A DNA stretch of 64,000 bases, taken from the NCBI GenBank assembly GCA_035656495.1, contig DASRSL010000273.1:8524-72523 (forward strand). The letters run 5' to 3'. The notes beneath the pieces were generated by a model. It made no database searches. It was not told where the DNA came from and saw only the letters and a list, made by a program, of their open reading frames with translations. This document shows, in pieces, positions 31,174-41,744 of the stretch. The stretch's first letter is position 1. Every line of letters begins with the position of its first letter. Source of the stretch: Roseiarcus sp. (GTDB taxonomy: Bacteria > Pseudomonadota > Alphaproteobacteria > Rhizobiales > Beijerinckiaceae). The position numbers were made by a program, and so were the translations under genes.

Positions 31174-32058
31174 ATGTCGAAAATAGCTTTCCTGGGTCTG
31201 GGAAATATGGGCGCCCCTATGGCCGCCAACCTCGTCAAGGCGGGCCATGCGGTCGTGGGCTTCGACCTCGTCGAGGCCGCGAAGCAGACGGCCGCCGTCT
31301 CGGGCGCGACCATCGCCGCAAGCGGGCGCGAGGCGGTGCGTGACGTCGAGGTCGTCGTCACAATGCTGCCGGCCGGCAAGCACGTCCTTCAGGCTTGGGC
31401 GGACCTTCTGCCCGCCGCGTCCAAGGGCGCCCTGATCATCGACTCCTCGACCATCGACGTCGACAGCGCCAAGAGCGCCCACGCGGCGGGGGCCGCCGCA
31501 GGCATGCACACGCTCGACGCCCCGGTGTCGGGCGGCGTCGGCGGAGCGACCGCCGGGACGCTCACCTTCATGTGCGGCGGCTCGGCGGAATCGTTCGACA
31601 GGGCGAAGCCGATCCTCGAGGCCATGGGCAAGCGCATCGTCCATTGCGGCGGCGCGGGAATGGGGCAGGCGGCCAAGATCTGCAACAACTTGATTCTCGG
31701 CGCGACGATGATCGCGACCTCAGAGGCCTTCGTGCTCGGGGAAAAGCTCGGACTCTCGGCTGAGGCGCTGTTTGAGGTCGCCTCGAACTCTTCGGGCCAA
31801 TCCTGGTCGCTGACGAGCTATTGCCCGGTTCCTGGACCGGTGCCCGCTTCTCCGGCCAACCGCGGCTACAGGCCCGGCTTCGCCGCCAGCCTGATGCTCA
31901 AGGACTTGCGTCTCGCCCAGGAGGCTGCTGCAAGCGTCAGCGCGGCGACCCCGCTCGGAGCCGAAGCCGCGCAGCTCTACGCGCTGTTCGTTGCGGCTGG
32001 CCGTGGCGGAGACGATTTTTCCAGCGTGATCAATTTTTTGCGAGGCCAGTCTGCCTAA
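31174..32058 (+). CDS. mmsB: 3-hydroxyisobutyrate dehydrogenase
   Basis: FLGLGNMGAPMAANL, DAPVSGG, AAKICNN, YCPVPGPVP. Confidence 0.94.
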   Translation: MSKIAFLGLGNMGAPMAANLVKAGHAVVGFDLVEAAKQTAAVSGATIAASGREAVRDVEVVVTMLPAGKHVLQAWADLLPAASKGALIIDSSTIDVDSAKSAHAAGAAAGMHTLDAPVSGGVGGATAGTLTFMCGGSAESFDRAKPILEAMGKRIVHCGGAGMGQAAKICNNLILGATMIATSEAFVLGEKLGLSAEALFEVASNSSGQSWSLTSYCPVPGPVPASPANRGYRPGFAASLMLKDLRLAQEAAASVSAATPLGAEAAQLYALFVAAGRGGDDFSSVINFLRGQSA

Positions 32059-32244
32059 CAAAGGGGAGCCGGCTACCTAAGTGTTTGTTAACGCACGGTT
32101 CATGTCCAAAGGCAGATAAGACGCAGGATCAAGCAGGGCCGCCTCGTGCGCTTGTAGCAGGGCCGCCGGAAGAAGACTGGGGGCGATTGAAGTCTTGCGC
32201 CGAGTGACCATCGCTGGGCGAAGGCCAGTCATTGGAGGTCAAGC

Positions 32245-32628
32245 ATGCGGAGCAGAATATCCAAGACGATTGTCGCCGGATTGGCGGCGCTGTCGCTGGC
32301 GGCGTCCGCGCTCGCCACGGCCGAGCCGGCCGCCGCGCAGTGGCGAGGTCCCGCAGGCGGCTGGCACGGCGGCTGGGGCGGTTGGCACGGCGGCTGGCAC
32401 GGCGGATGGGGGGGCTGGCGCGCCGGCTACTATCGCCCGGGCTGGGGCTACTGGCATCCCGGCTACTGGAACGGGGGCGCCTGGTATCCCGGCTTTTGGG
32501 CCGCCACGGCCGCCGCCACCCTCGCCACCGGCGTCGCGGTCGGAGCAGCCGCTTCGTGTTGGCAGAGCCGAGCCGTGTATGGCCCCGCCGGCGCTTTTCT
32601 CGGCTACCAATCGGTCTACGTCTGCTAG
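32245..32628 (+). CDS. Secreted Gly/Trp-rich protein with GGWH repeats
   Basis: Signal peptide; GGWHGGWGGWHGGWHGG; two C-terminal Cys. Confidence 0.75.
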   Translation: MRSRISKTIVAGLAALSLAASALATAEPAAAQWRGPAGGWHGGWGGWHGGWHGGWGGWRAGYYRPGWGYWHPGYWNGGAWYPGFWAATAAATLATGVAVGAAASCWQSRAVYGPAGAFLGYQSVYVC

Positions 32629-32660
32629 CTTAGAGCTGAGCCGACCTGCGATTGAAACTG

Positions 32661-32692
32661 GAAAGGGCCTCGCGCGCGCGGGGCCCTTTCTT
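32661..32692. terminator. Hairpin terminator between convergent genes
   Basis: gaaagggcc-tcgcgcgcgcgg-ggccctttc tt. Confidence 0.7.
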
Positions 32693-33792
32693 CATGCCGA
32701 CGCAGGCCAAAAGACGCCCCCCGAGGTCGGCGCTCGCACGCCTGTCGTCGTCGGAAAACTGAGCGGCGCGCCCTGACGCGAGCGGATGGCGAGATAGGCG
32801 AAGCACTGCGCCTCGAGCGCGTCGCCGTCAAAGCCGACCGCCTCGACCGGGTCGACCGCGACGCCGAGTCGCTCGGCGAGCCCGCGCATCAGAAATTCAT
32901 TGCGCCGTCCTCCGCCACCGACCAGCCAGAGCCTCGGCGGTTTTGCAATGAGCCTCAGCGCGGCCGCGGTCGCCTCAACCGTGAAAGCGGCGAGCGTCGC
33001 CGCTCCGTCGGCGTCGCTCAAGCCTTCCACCGACGCCGCAAGCGCAGCGAAATGATTGCGATCAAGCGACTTCGGCGGCGGCCGGTCGAAGTAGGGATCG
33101 CGCATCATCGCTTCAATCGCCTGCGCGTCCACCTGCCCGCGGCGCGCCAGCGCTCCGTCCTTGTCGAATGCCGCTCCGCTGCGGCGGAGAAGGAAATCGT
33201 CGAGCATCGCATTCGCCGGACCGGTGTCGAAGGCGATGATCTCACCGTTGTCGCCCAACCAAGTAACGTTGCCGACGCCGCCCCAGTTGAGGACAATCAG
33301 TGGGCGCTCCAGGTCTGCGGCGATCGCGGCGTGATAGACCGGAGCGAGAGGCGCCCCTTCGCCGCCCGCCGCGACATCGGCCGAGCGGAAGTCGCATACG
33401 ACATCGATCCCGAGCGCCGCGGCGGCCCTTGAGCCGTCGCAAAGCTGGCGGGTCAAGCGAGCACGCGGCCTATGGAGGATGGTCTGGCCGTGCATGCCGA
33501 CGAGGGCAACGCTTTCCCTCGCGATGGCAAACCTTTCAAGGAAGGCTTCGACCGCCCCGATGTGGGCGTCGGTCACCTTCCGCTCCAGCTCCATCTGTGG
33601 TTCTTCTGCTTGGCTCGGGTCCGCCACGACGGCCCGCAGAGTGCGGGAAAGAAGATCGGGATACGGGAACGTTGCACCAGGGCCGGCGTCGATCCGCGTT
33701 CCGCCGTCGCTCCTGATGAGTGCGACGTCGATGCCGTCCATCGACGTTCCGCTGATGACGCCGATGGCCGTCCGGATGCGCCGTTCGCTCAT
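32692..33792 (-). CDS. anmK: Anhydro-N-acetylmuramic acid kinase
   Basis: ISGTSMDGID, HGQT, GGEGAPLAP, FDTGPAN, EAQCFAYLA. Confidence 0.94.
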   Translation of the reverse strand: MSERRIRTAIGVISGTSMDGIDVALIRSDGGTRIDAGPGATFPYPDLLSRTLRAVVADPSQAEEPQMELERKVTDAHIGAVEAFLERFAIARESVALVGMHGQTILHRPRARLTRQLCDGSRAAAALGIDVVCDFRSADVAAGGEGAPLAPVYHAAIAADLERPLIVLNWGGVGNVTWLGDNGEIIAFDTGPANAMLDDFLLRRSGAAFDKDGALARRGQVDAQAIEAMMRDPYFDRPPPKSLDRNHFAALAASVEGLSDADGAATLAAFTVEATAAALRLIAKPPRLWLVGGGGRRNEFLMRGLAERLGVAVDPVEAVGFDGDALEAQCFAYLAIRSRQGAPLSFPTTTGVRAPTSGGVFWPASA

Positions 33793-34394
33793 CGGCCCCC
33801 AGTCTGATGCGCGCCAGGAGCCCAAAGCACGTCTGCCTCGCCGAAGTCGTTGGCGGCGCGCGCGGCCACAAACAGATAATCGGACAAGCGGTTGAGGTAA
33901 GCGAGCGCGGCCCCGCCCACCTCTTCCCCTTCGATCGAAGCGAGCGCGACGACGCTGCGCTCGGCCCGCCGGCAGACGGCTCGCGCCTGATGCAATGCGG
34001 TCGACGCGGGAGTTCCGCCAGGGAGTATGAACGAACGCAGCGGCTTAAGTTTCGCGTTCAGCACGTCGATGGCGCGCTCGAGCGCCTCGACCTGTGAGAC
34101 CGCTATGCGCAGCTTGGCGCCCGGGCGCTCGCCGGCGTCCCTCGGAAGGCAGAGGTCCGCGCCGAGATCGAAGAGGTCATTTTGGATGCGCGCAAGCGTC
34201 GCCTCGATCGCCGCAAGCGCGGGATCCATTGAATCACGCGTCGCCAGCCGCGCGAGCCCAATGGCGCAATTGGTTTCGTCCACGTCGCCCATCGCGACGA
34301 CGCGCGCATCGGTCTTCGGCTTTCGCGTTCCGTCGCCGAGGCCGGTCTCGCCGCGATCGCCGGTGCGCGTATAGATGGCGTTCAGTCGAACCAT
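33789..34394 (-). CDS. ATP:cob(I)alamin adenosyltransferase (PduO type)
   Basis: IYTRTGDRGETGL, RAVCRRAER, YLNRLSDYLF. Confidence 0.94.
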   Translation of the reverse strand: MVRLNAIYTRTGDRGETGLGDGTRKPKTDARVVAMGDVDETNCAIGLARLATRDSMDPALAAIEATLARIQNDLFDLGADLCLPRDAGERPGAKLRIAVSQVEALERAIDVLNAKLKPLRSFILPGGTPASTALHQARAVCRRAERSVVALASIEGEEVGGAALAYLNRLSDYLFVAARAANDFGEADVLWAPGAHQTGGR

Positions 34395-34481
34395 TCTCTC
34401 CTACCGTGCATTGGGCAGGTATGCTAGCTGCTTCGTAGGCGCGAGGCAGAGGTCACCGACCGCCGGCAGGCGCCGCGAGTG

Positions 34482-37124
34482 TCAATCCCGCTTCATCAGG
34501 CGTTCGAGGTAGTCTCGTTCGTCGATCGGCCTGTTGGGATCGGCGAGGCGGCGGCGGAGTTCCTCCATGACGCGGCGCGCGCGCTCGGTCACGCCCCCGA
34601 GCTCCCTGAGCGACCCTTCGTCGCGGCCGAGGTTGCCCTCCCGCCCGCGGCCGAGGGGGTCATCGCCAGGTCTCTCACCCGGGCGCGTGCGGCGGGCCGT
34701 GTATCCGCCCTGCCCCTTGCGGCCTTGACCCTGGCCCTGACTCATCTGCTTCTGCATGCCCTGTGCCCCCTCGCGTAACGCCTGAAGAGCGCGGCCCTGT
34801 GCGTCCACCGCCGCACCCTTCCCGCTTTGTCCGTCGGCGTTCGGAGGCGTCTGATCGCCCCCCTGGCCCTTCTCGCCCTTAAGATCGTCCTCGGCCTCCT
34901 TCATGTTCCTTTCAGCGTCCTCGAATCCCTTCTCGCCCTTCATGCCGAGGCTCTTTAGCATCCTCTGCAATTCCGCTAGGCGATCACGCAGCTCGCGCTG
35001 ACGCTGCTCGAGCTGGGATTCGTCCGGATTGGCTCCGTCCGTGGCTTGTTTGGAGTCGGTCTCGCCCTTATTGAGGTCTGCGGATGGTGCATTGTCGTCC
35101 GGCTCCGTCTGGTCGTCTTGTTCCAGCGGACTTGCCCGCCTTTGCGCACGCTGCCGCTCGCTGTCACGCTGTTCGCTGTGGAACGTGTCGTCGCGTAGCG
35201 CCTGCTGGTCGTGCAGGAGCTTGCCGAGTTCATCCATCTGCTTTCGCATAGCCTGTTCGGCCGGGCTCTCCTCGTCGCCCTCGGCGCTGCGCATGTTCTC
35301 GAACATTTCTTGCATCTGATCGAGCATCGCCTCCGCCTCTTCGCGTGTGCCGTTGCGCGCCGCCTCTTCCATGCGGTCCATTAGCTTGTCGAGATCCTGC
35401 GCCTGTCGGTTCGACTCTTCCGGGCTCAGTTGTCCGCTGCGTTCCCCCTTACGCGTCATCTCGCCGGCGAACCGTCTGGCGGCTTCGCGCAGTTGCTGCA
35501 TCAGTTTCTTGATCTCGTCGTCGCTCGCGCCGCGTTTGAGCGCCTCCCGCAGCGCCTTTTCCGCGGCGCGCAGGTCGCGCTCCGCCTGCGAGGCATCTCC
35601 GTCCTCGATCTGTTGGGCCATCGCCCAGAGAAGCGCAGCGACGCTGAGGAGGTCCGCGTCGCTGCGGGCGCCGGCGAGCGAGGAATGTGCCTGCTTCAAT
35701 CCCAGATAGACGTTAGAGGGGGTGTCGAACAGCTCCGGTGCGACGCTAAGGCCCATCAGCGCCGTCTCAACACGCTTCGGCGCATGGTCCGGGTCGAGGA
35801 TGAGGTCGCGGCGCTGTTCGACGAGCGCGCGCGCGAGCGGATTGTGAAATGTCCGCTGCGGCAGCGTCACTTCGACCGGGCCGCTCGATCCAGTCCTGCC
35901 GGAGACGCTGAGCGCGCTTAAGGTCATCGTAACATGCGCGCCCGCCCACGGATGCTCGGAAAGATCGGCGGTGGTGCGGGCGTCGCCGGCTCCATTTTCG
36001 CTTACCGGCAGTTGCAAGGTGACTTGAGGAGGCTCGGCCAGGCTTCGCGGCGCTGGTTTCGAGGGATCGCGCGGCAGCGCAAACTGGGCGCGCGCGCTCG
36101 AAACGCCATAGCGGTCGTTGAGCCGATAGGCGAGAGTCAGTGATCCGCTGATGTTGGCGCGTGGCTCCTCGGTCAGTTTGATCGTCGGGGTCCCCGTCGG
36201 CGTGACCGCGAAGAGGACCTCGGCGGCCGTCCGTCCCAGGCGCAAGATTGTCGCCTTGCCCTCCCCGTGGATCGTCCAACGCCGTTCGCGCTCAGGCTTC
36301 GTCGATGCGGTCCCCCCAACCGGCGCGATACGCCCCTCGACGTGCGTCTCGACTGCGGCGGGATCGCCCCGCACAACGAGCGCCGAATCCTCGAACACGG
36401 TCAGTGTCTGCACTGCAGCCGACTTGAAGTCGATGATCGTCGGCGGGCGCCCCGCGTAGGGTGGCGGATCGATCCAGGCGTCGATTCGGTTTTCCGTCGT
36501 CGCCGCAACCGTATCGTTGCCCCGCCAGTCGAAGGCGCCCGCCAACCGACCGTAGAGCTCGGGCCCGGCGACGGCAGCCGTGCCGATGGCTAGGAGCGCG
36601 GCGGCAAAGCGCAGCGCATACGGATCGCGTTCGGCCATGCGCGGGGAGGGCCTCGCGATTCGGATCGCGTCCACAGAGCGCTCGAGCCGTACCCGATGCT
36701 CCGCCCAAAGCGCCTGGGCGACCGGATCGTGGTCATTGGCGAGCGTGTCCGCAAACGAGGTCGCGGGACGATGGGCTTCCCCGGAGTCGCGATCGAGACG
36801 GGCCTGGATGTCGCGCGGCGAGGGCCAGCGCAGTCTTGCAAGGGGGGCTAGTGCGGCCACGAGGCCGAACGAAAACAGTGCGACACCGGCGATGCGTAAT
36901 GTGCGTGGCGCGAAGATCCACAGACCTAGCCAGGAGATAGCAAGAAACAGGATCGCGACAGCCAGCCCCCAGACGAGCGGCGGCCAAGCACGTTCGGCGA
37001 AGACGACGCCCCCCGCAGCCTTCGACAGCGCCGTTAGCTTACCGCCGACGCGGTCCCGCCGCCTCTCGGTATGTTCCGCTTGGTGTTTCGCCACGTTTCG
37101 CTCGGATGCTAGCCGACCTCGCAA
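34482..37124 (-). CDS. TIGR02302/DUF4175-type membrane coiled-coil protein
   Basis: DAWIDPPPY, DLSEHPWAG, DDPLGR, ERDYLERL; downstream of lysA; start codon uncertain. Confidence 0.85.
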   Translation of the reverse strand: MRGRLASERNVAKHQAEHTERRRDRVGGKLTALSKAAGGVVFAERAWPPLVWGLAVAILFLAISWLGLWIFAPRTLRIAGVALFSFGLVAALAPLARLRWPSPRDIQARLDRDSGEAHRPATSFADTLANDHDPVAQALWAEHRVRLERSVDAIRIARPSPRMAERDPYALRFAAALLAIGTAAVAGPELYGRLAGAFDWRGNDTVAATTENRIDAWIDPPPYAGRPPTIIDFKSAAVQTLTVFEDSALVVRGDPAAVETHVEGRIAPVGGTASTKPERERRWTIHGEGKATILRLGRTAAEVLFAVTPTGTPTIKLTEEPRANISGSLTLAYRLNDRYGVSSARAQFALPRDPSKPAPRSLAEPPQVTLQLPVSENGAGDARTTADLSEHPWAGAHVTMTLSALSVSGRTGSSGPVEVTLPQRTFHNPLARALVEQRRDLILDPDHAPKRVETALMGLSVAPELFDTPSNVYLGLKQAHSSLAGARSDADLLSVAALLWAMAQQIEDGDASQAERDLRAAEKALREALKRGASDDEIKKLMQQLREAARRFAGEMTRKGERSGQLSPEESNRQAQDLDKLMDRMEEAARNGTREEAEAMLDQMQEMFENMRSAEGDEESPAEQAMRKQMDELGKLLHDQQALRDDTFHSEQRDSERQRAQRRASPLEQDDQTEPDDNAPSADLNKGETDSKQATDGANPDESQLEQRQRELRDRLAELQRMLKSLGMKGEKGFEDAERNMKEAEDDLKGEKGQGGDQTPPNADGQSGKGAAVDAQGRALQALREGAQGMQKQMSQGQGQGRKGQGGYTARRTRPGERPGDDPLGRGREGNLGRDEGSLRELGGVTERARRVMEELRRRLADPNRPIDERDYLERLMKRD

Positions 37125-37127
37125 CCC

Positions 37128-38399
37128 TTACGTCAACCAAGGCGGAAGTTTGTCGAGGGCGATCAATTCCTCGAACGTTCCGCGCGGCCTGACAAGGGCA
37201 TAGTCCGAGCCTTTGACCAGAACCTCCGGAACAAGAAGGCGAGAATTGTAGGTGCCCGCCTGCACCGCACCATAGGCGCCAGCGCTCATGACGGCAATAA
37301 GGTCGCCGCTGCCGACCTCAGCGATATCGCGGTTTAGGGCCAGATAGTCGCCGCTCTCGCAGATGGGCCCGACGAGGTCGGCGCGGATCAAGTTCGCGGC
37401 ATGGGGTGCGGGCGCCTGCACCGGAAGGATATCGTGATAGGCGTCGTAGAGTGTGGGCCGGATGAGATCGTTCATCGCCGCGTCAACGATCACGAAGGTC
37501 TTGCCTTCACCTCTTTTGACGAAAATGACTGAGGCAATCAATGCGCCCGCGTTGCCGACGATGAGCCGGCCCGGCTCGAGATAGATCTTGCAGTCGAGGG
37601 CTCTTGTGTGGCGCGCTACGATCTCGGCGTAGGCGGTGGGGAAGGGGGGTAGATTATTGTCCGCGCGGTAGGGGATGCCAAGCCCGCCGCCGAGATCGAT
37701 GTGCTCGATAACATGCCCGTCGGCGCGCAATGTCCGCACGAAACCCGTGAGCAGCCCAAAGGCGTTGTCGAAAGGCTTGAGGTGGGTGATCTGCGATCCG
37801 ATGTGCATATCCACGCCGCGAATGGACAGACCCGGCAGCGCGCGGGCGCGCGCGTAGACCTCCCGCGCGTGGGAGATTGGCACGCCGAACTTGTTCTCCG
37901 ACTTTCCGGTGGATATCTTGGCGTGGGTTCGGGCGTCGATGTCTGGATTGACGCGGATTGCGACAGAAGCGGCGGCGCCGCGGGCGGAGGCGACGGCGGA
38001 TAGCGCCTCCAGTTCGGGCTCCGACTCGACGTTGAAACAGAAGATATTCTCGTCGAGGCCGAGGTTCATTTCGGCGCGGGTCTTCCCGACGCCAGAAAAG
38101 ATGATCTTCTCGCCAGGCACTCCGACCGCGCGCGCGCGCCTCAGTTCCCCCTCGCTGACGACATCCATCCCGGCGCCGAGCCGGGCGAGGGTGGAGAGGA
38201 CGGCTTGATTGGAATTAGCCTTCATCGCATAGCAAACGAGAGCGTTCTGATCGGCGAAGGCAATTCGAAATACTTCGAAGTGCCGCTCGATCGTGGCGCT
38301 CGAATAGCAATAGAAGGGTGTACCGACAGAGCGCGCAATTTCCGGCAAAGGCACGTCCTCGGCATGGAGCAAGCCGTTGCGATAGGCGAAGTGATGCAT
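37128..38399 (-). CDS. lysA: Diaminopimelate decarboxylase
   Basis: YAMKANSN, HIGSQ, EPGR, GPICESGD. Confidence 0.97.
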   Translation of the reverse strand: MHHFAYRNGLLHAEDVPLPEIARSVGTPFYCYSSATIERHFEVFRIAFADQNALVCYAMKANSNQAVLSTLARLGAGMDVVSEGELRRARAVGVPGEKIIFSGVGKTRAEMNLGLDENIFCFNVESEPELEALSAVASARGAAASVAIRVNPDIDARTHAKISTGKSENKFGVPISHAREVYARARALPGLSIRGVDMHIGSQITHLKPFDNAFGLLTGFVRTLRADGHVIEHIDLGGGLGIPYRADNNLPPFPTAYAEIVARHTRALDCKIYLEPGRLIVGNAGALIASVIFVKRGEGKTFVIVDAAMNDLIRPTLYDAYHDILPVQAPAPHAANLIRADLVGPICESGDYLALNRDIAEVGSGDLIAVMSAGAYGAVQAGTYNSRLLVPEVLVKGSDYALVRPRGTFEELIALDKLPPWLT

Positions 38400-38406
38400 C
38401 GCGAAT

Positions 38407-38652
38407 TTATTTCAGCAGCGGATCGAGAACGAAACTTTGATTGGGCGGCGTGATTGGCGGAATCTTCGGTTTCACTTGTGGGCTGATCGCTTCCAGGGTA
38501 CCGGGCCCCGTAGACGAGGTTTGTTTGACGGAAGCGTTGGTGTCGGGTGGAGGCTCCAGCGGGCCGATGCGGCCGCAGCCAGCCAGGGAAGCCAGCGCCG
38601 CAAGCGCCAGCATGCGGCGGCCAAGGAAGCAAAGCAGGGTTCTGGGGGGCAC
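38407..38652 (-). CDS. Small lipoprotein (LppL-like) upstream of lysA
   Basis: Lipobox LAGC followed by GRIGPLEPPP; GGAG RBS before GTG. Confidence 0.8.
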   Translation of the reverse strand: MPPRTLLCFLGRRMLALAALASLAGCGRIGPLEPPPDTNASVKQTSSTGPGTLEAISPQVKPKIPPITPPNQSFVLDPLLK

Positions 38653-38854
38653 AAGCGACTCCAGATGCCGCCGCAGTCTGCGGCAGTATATTGCCGCGAC
38701 GATATATAGAAACTGGGCGCAATATGGAAACAACACGCGTAGGTAAGGACCATTCGGTTGGTTTCTGCAGTCTGCTGTCGCCCCAGGGAAAGCGCAGTTT
38801 AAGTCTGTAGCTTCAATTGCCGGTGCGAGTTTTTGTAGGAGCGATGCCTCGAGT

Positions 38855-39103
38855 TCATTTCCGGCAAACAATGAAGTACGGTCGAGAGGTCCCGCCGTCG
38901 GTGGGGCTATCAGATCGGCCGAATTTTACCGCTGCGCCACGACCTGTTGTTTCGCACCACGCGTCGGCAACGACTTGGCCGCATTCGTCTCCTTCGCTGA
39001 GACATTCTTCCACGCCGTAACCGAACGCCGCGGCAATGACGTACGTGCTCATTTCGTCCGCGGATGCGTTTCCAGCGCCGATGACCGCCAAAGCAAGGAG
39101 CAA
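38855..39103 (-). CDS. Small secreted Cys-containing hypothetical protein
   Basis: Signal-like N-terminus; GYGVEECL...CGQVVADAWC; start codon uncertain. Confidence 0.6.
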   Translation of the reverse strand: MLLALAVIGAGNASADEMSTYVIAAAFGYGVEECLSEGDECGQVVADAWCETTGRGAAVKFGRSDSPTDGGTSRPYFIVCRK

Positions 39104-39351
39104 GAGGGAGGCGAAGCGCGTGGTCGACGTGAATATGATCTTTCTCCTGCAGATGCGTGCCCAGTGCGGAATGTGGAGGCAGGGAATAAACGGACCGTTA
39201 ACGTTCAGTCGGCCTTCGACGAGCCTGAATCGCCGCTAGTCATTGTGCCGACCTCAGCGGAGTTCGACGGAGACCATGACGAGACAGCCTCGGCGCCGTC
39301 TCCCTATGATTGAAACAATGGGTTTGAACGATTCCTCTCGGAAGGTAGGCG

Positions 39352-40644
39352 ATGCGGAATAATGCAGTGAATGTCCTTATTCTTGGCTCTGGCGCTCGGG
39401 AGCATGCTCTGGCCCGAGCCTGCGCTGGCTCCGCGAGCCTTGGAAAATTGTTCGTGGCGCCGGGCAACCCTGGTTGCGCGAAGCTAGCTCATACTGTTCG
39501 CCTAAACCTGACGGACCACGCGCAAATCATCGATTTGTGCCGGAAGGAGTCGATAGGCTTGGTTGTCGTAGGTCCGGAAGCCCCCTTAATCGCAGGGATA
39601 GCCGATGATCTCGCCAAGCAGGAGATAGCTTGTTTTGGACCATCGCGTGCCGCCGCCCGTCTTGAGGGGTCGAAAGGCTACGCGAAGGATTTTTGCCGAG
39701 AGTTCGGCATCCCAACCGCCGAATATCGACGTTTCTCAAATAGGAATGAAGCAAGAGCCTTCGTTCGGGAGTGCGGCGCCCCGATCGTCGTTAAGGCGGA
39801 TGGGCTCGCCGCAGGCAAGGGCGTCATCGTTGCCGAGACGATCAGCGAAGCGGAAGCCGCTGTCGATTCTCTGCTGGACGCATTCGGATCGTCGGAGGCG
39901 GAGCTGGTGGTCGAAGAGTTTCTAAAGGGGGAGGAAGTGTCGTTCTTCGCCCTTTGCGATGGCACTGAGGCCGTGCCTTTCGCCAGCGCGCAGGACCATA
40001 AGCGCCTCGTTGACGGAGACACTGGGCCTAACACTGGCGGAATGGGCGCATACTCTCCGCCTCCCATCATGACTACCCGACTCACCGATCGCGTGATGCG
40101 CGAAATCATCCGGCCGACGGTTCAAGGCATGGCTCAACGCGGTACGCCGTTTAGAGGGGTCCTGTTCGCAGGCTTAATGATCGATGGCGTAGGCCCGAAA
40201 CTAATCGAATACAATGTCAGGTTCGGAGACCCGGAGGCGGAAGTCATTCTCGCCCGTCTGACTGACGATGTATTGCCGCTGCTCGAAGCTTGCGCGAAAG
40301 GGAGCCTTCGCGACGCATCGCCGTCGTTCAGTGCCAAGGCGGCTTTGACGGTCGTCATGGCGGCGAAGGGATATCCCGGGAATCCGGCGCGTGGCGCCAC
40401 GATCCGAGGGCTGGATGAAGCAGAGCGCGTCCCAGGTGTCACGGTCCTTCATGCAGGAACTCAACAAGTAGGTGATGCAATTGTTTCCAACGGGGGGCGC
40501 GTGCTGGCCATAACTGCGTGCGGGCGCACTGTCGGGGAAGCGAAGGAGCGCGCCTACGCTGCGGTAGACAGAATCGACTGGCCCGAAGGCTTTTGCAGGC
40601 GCGACATCGGCTGGCGCGCGGTAAACTTGGAAAGCGCGCGCTAA
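39352..40644 (+). CDS. purD: Phosphoribosylamine-glycine ligase
   Basis: GSGAREHAL, KADGLAAGKGV, QDHKR, NTGGMGAYSP, RFGDPE. Confidence 0.97.
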   Translation: MRNNAVNVLILGSGAREHALARACAGSASLGKLFVAPGNPGCAKLAHTVRLNLTDHAQIIDLCRKESIGLVVVGPEAPLIAGIADDLAKQEIACFGPSRAAARLEGSKGYAKDFCREFGIPTAEYRRFSNRNEARAFVRECGAPIVVKADGLAAGKGVIVAETISEAEAAVDSLLDAFGSSEAELVVEEFLKGEEVSFFALCDGTEAVPFASAQDHKRLVDGDTGPNTGGMGAYSPPPIMTTRLTDRVMREIIRPTVQGMAQRGTPFRGVLFAGLMIDGVGPKLIEYNVRFGDPEAEVILARLTDDVLPLLEACAKGSLRDASPSFSAKAALTVVMAAKGYPGNPARGATIRGLDEAERVPGVTVLHAGTQQVGDAIVSNGGRVLAITACGRTVGEAKERAYAAVDRIDWPEGFCRRDIGWRAVNLESAR

Positions 40645-41078
40645 TCCAGTGGGCGATCACGTTGTGATAACTATACGCGCAAGCGGTGCGCTTGCGCTTG
40701 GCGCCGAGTGAGCACGAGGCATCGCCCACGTGCTTGCGCTTTAGGCCCTCGACGGATTGGGCATTCGGCCAGTCGCTATTGCTGGAGCGTCAATGCGCGC
40801 CGTCATCAACGCGCTTGGCGGCGATTTCCGTCGCATCAGCTCATGCCTCGGCACCGCGCGTCCCGGCGTGTTTGCGACCGCCACGTCGCTCATTCGGAAC
40901 ATAAACATCGCGCGCCAATCTAACTCGCCTACCAGTTCCCCTCAGCCATTTGCGGGCTATTTGCGGGAAGGTTGTCATTCGCGTCCTCGAAGTGCCGAAC
41001 ACCCGGATCGCGGAACCGCCGAAGCCGGTCGGCGAATCCCGAGCATAGTCCAATCCCGACCGCGCCGATGATAGTGTG

Positions 41079-41426
41079 TCAGTCGAGTTTTCTCCCAGTC
41101 ATCAAGATGTCTACGACCTGCCTGTGATTGGCGTCGATCTTGTCGGCGAGCCTGCGCACCTCCTCGCGCCACTCTGTTTCGAAGCCTTGAATGCGGGTCT
41201 CGGCCGCGTCGATCCGGGACGCTGTGGCGTCGATTTTCTTGTCCAGCCGCTCGGTATCAGCCTTGATCTCAGAAAATGAGCGGCCGGCGCGCCAGGCCGC
41301 GCCAAGCAGAGCGACGAAAACGGCGCCGATCCCCATCAAGATCGCGTAGCCGTAGCGGGCGAGCCATTCGAAGATCGAAAGGGCGCCCTGCACGTCGTCA
41401 GGCGGCTGGACAGGCGCAGCGGCCAT
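41079..41426 (-). CDS. Membrane protein with coiled coil (holin/spanin candidate)
   Basis: One TM helix then IKADTERLDKKIDA coiled coil; last gene of the lysis region. Confidence 0.6.
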   Translation of the reverse strand: MAAAPVQPPDDVQGALSIFEWLARYGYAILMGIGAVFVALLGAAWRAGRSFSEIKADTERLDKKIDATASRIDAAETRIQGFETEWREEVRRLADKIDANHRQVVDILMTGRKLD

Positions 41427-41435
41427 CGCTCCCCC

Positions 41436-41744
41436 TCATCGGCCGATGTAATGGCCTTGCGTCTCCGGGCTCGCCGCGGTCTCAGCGTCGGCGACCGGAT
41501 TCGGGTCAGGCTTGATGATTCCCGCCTCGATGGCCGCGACGCCGAGTGCGAGCGCCACCTTGGCGATCGCGTCGAAGACCGCTGTCTCCGGCGCGACGAA
41601 GGCGAGGGCGGTCAGCGCATCGTCGGCAACGGTCTCGCCGTCAGCGAGCGTCGCCGTTCCGTGGACGATGCGGTGGAGCGCGGCGGTAAGAGCGGGCAGG
41701 GCTTGCGCCGCCGCCCGCACATCGCCGGCGGTGAGCGCCGTCAC
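41436..41744 (-). CDS. Hypothetical Ala-rich phage protein
   Basis: GTG start overlapping the upstream stop (GTGA). Confidence 0.6.
   Translation of the reverse strand: MTALTAGDVRAAAQALPALTAALHRIVHGTATLADGETVADDALTALAFVAPETAVFDAIAKVALALGVAAIEAGIIKPDPNPVADAETAASPETQGHYIGR

Noticed and set aside
32355-32420. ggcggctggcac tandem repeats
   Set aside because: Explained by the GGWH coding repeats of a secreted Gly-rich protein.
40645-41078. tRNA or att site at the phage boundary
   Set aside because: No cloverleaf or recognisable core repeat; the other boundary is not in the window.
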